DNA of 64,000 nt, from positions 42,198 through 106,197 of the IMG/VR virus record IMGVR_UViG_3300035698_017294; one strand, given 5' to 3'. Below, in pieces: positions 63,401-64,000 of this stretch (the first letter of the stretch is position 1; every line of letters starts with the position of its first letter). The stretch comes from a virus. The notes under the pieces were generated by a model that worked only from the letters and a program-made list of their open reading frames with translations, made no database searches and was not told the DNA's origin. The translations under genes and the position numbers were made by a program.

Positions 63401-64000
63401 CTTCATCTAGAGCAACAGAGCTTAGAGACGAGATAGGAGACAATGAAGATGCGCAAGTAAACCTTAGCGCATTTAACAATCTGCGCAAGACAGTAATGAG
63501 TAGAGACGCGCGAGCTGTTACTAAGAAGTCGTTTGCAGAAGCTAAGGAAGACGCCAACAGCGATGTTATGCGTATAGTAAAAAAATCCAAACTAGGCACG
63601 GCAGCATTAGATTTCCTTGAATCTCCTAATGTTGGTACTGGAAGACTTCTTGGACAGGCAATGTCATCTGCAACCGAAATGACGGGTAATGACATTGAGA
63701 TGCAAAGAGACTTAGGCGAATTTATGAATCAGGGGCTATTTAAGGATGGTCCGCTGGGTGCCTTCTTTCGTGAGGGATACCGCGGGTCGGTTCTAAACCG
63801 AAATAACCCAGGGGCTGGGTTTATAGGCGCCGGCAAGTCATTTGCGTCGTTAGAGCAAAAACATTATGAGCAAACCATCAGCCGTAACTCAGGCAACGAG
63901 TCTAGTCTAGCAGGTTTAATGACTACTACATCTAACATGTTTGCCAAGATGGAAAACCTAGGTGACCAATTTGAAGACATCGGCGAAGACTTCTTTAAGG
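60475..64000 (+). CDS. tape-measure-like protein, >1170 aa, truncated by the window end
   Basis: ATG at 60475; frame open wherever checked; Gly/Ala/Ser-rich; follows the chaperone pair; absent from the ORF track, consistent with no stop in the window. Confidence 0.65.
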   Translation, partial: MRNSPFGFYDNEYIQSAMSKETQPQMNAHLNDKVPHHVFYAETFGSPSANRQAPNYYDGVTEDNVRYPEIYSSTAAMGNAFGAAFGMTAGITGAVLGAGSPIPGGSFIGMLAGDYIGRGVGNFVGDTIGAAYQKDLNAANFVFNSTKGAAGGGLSWGESMSASSHLRDWSNSSFETNRMIGGKEGLSELMSDLTGAGAFNDITSGDDYTRKVKSEIGALKELQQRLKASKEEILGFMSESYSMGIDASSLTGGALGRSSLEQGAALGFEATQIAQAGIGAGGIATGYGLSAGSAFSAGVTSLFHSQALYNTLGVADRKLVDASGGVGGMAQDNIQQGYGFMQTGAGQATMAAMVMGGTSAGELSNMSMGNIIGAGADVFTNVETRDRFTGMQRDIIGQMDPMVMRQTEILTHLKSAQLFYRLGDSPVDEYLFKGYLQKQHGYTAASADRESMQANMSYYDFMASAAEDGRYSPSDARARKSGLGSMLGDASDDVGRFFHGITSPVAKGIHDVWSDAGEAVLGGLSAGVAAVDDVWERNIRFRRPTTISQSALDSLGANEAAANSRKSRGWYDTWTSDTEIVDEDAAALRYRRDTVAMFGDTDGSSLDDIKGVLGADQYSKISAELRNTAHQTAARAFRSAVQMAGGLENRNLVGDLAQGLGLGKTSSYMQWYGEADTDDILRNASSGETGGLAGVTPNTNLKWARGLSGPDAVTVGTEYNLHKSFLSSLTGDQETNLMGLGLDYKGQQWMRGAINAGEFRASHLDTPESARSRLTQFDELGYGFTSEATMPTLEQFNIIAKADMTGDFTNDVQDLSADLGGIAPNRTVALLRGGAGNSDTASSLLREGKRFDKNRYAGDLSNFSGSIESLKARRTEIDKDLSSGMYQILRSTNVTPEFGSYSFRSYSKVKASAKALEMIDVAANAYGVDPEDLGGIPSIDWDGKVWSALRDQKFTIGDFNSEAFVGLRGNIDTYRSSSRATELRDEIGDNEDAQVNLSAFNNLRKTVMSRDARAVTKKSFAEAKEDANSDVMRIVKKSKLGTAALDFLESPNVGTGRLLGQAMSSATEMTGNDIEMQRDLGEFMNQGLFKDGPLGAFFREGYRGSVLNRNNPGAGFIGAGKSFASLEQKHYEQTISRNSGNESSLAGLMTTTSNMFAKMENLGDQFEDIGEDFFK

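Noticed and set aside
60816-63695. Minus-strand ORFs at the right end
   Set aside because: They are shadows of the long + strand reading frame that starts at 60475.
1-64000. Stop-codon reassignment (code 15 or 4)
   Set aside because: Known proteins are full length in the standard code, TAG and TGA both end genes at operon junctions, and no suppressor tRNA was seen.

Overview
64 kb of a large (jumbo-type) tailed dsDNA phage genome in the standard genetic code. Nearly all genes are on the - strand, switching to + at about 59.6 kb. Modules in order: (1) dUTPase and RecU, then a ~16 kb glycan biosynthesis cluster with a gmd/colD/colC-type GDP-colitose route, a NeuB-type nonulosonate route, GT2/9/10/11/25 transferases, an actin-like ATPase and ThyX. 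(2) An 18.9-45 kb translation and RNA-repair island with about 19 tRNAs (a group I intron in tRNA-Leu(UAG), a 23-nt insertion at 37/38 in tRNA-Tyr), tmRNA, a YrlA-type Y RNA, several tRNA mimics lacking a normal anticodon loop, Rnl1 + PNK, a second RNA ligase, phosphoesterases, NADAR, HD hydrolases and a large TerD-domain protein. (3) A class II ribonucleotide reductase with a Gln-terminated HNH intein and a replication/recombination block. (4) A tail chaperone pair with a -1 slippery site and the start of a tape-measure-like gene. The most striking signal is a set of tandemly duplicated structured non-coding RNAs I cannot name, at 26.0-26.5, 36.3-36.8, 37.1-37.5 and 37.6-37.9 kb, plus a single one at 38.2-38.6 kb. 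One carries a split copy of the 23S rRNA L11-binding GTPase-associated centre. A triplet shows clear covariation around an invariant UCCUUCUA strand. All calls come from reading the sequence and recalling family motifs; no searches or folding programs were run.
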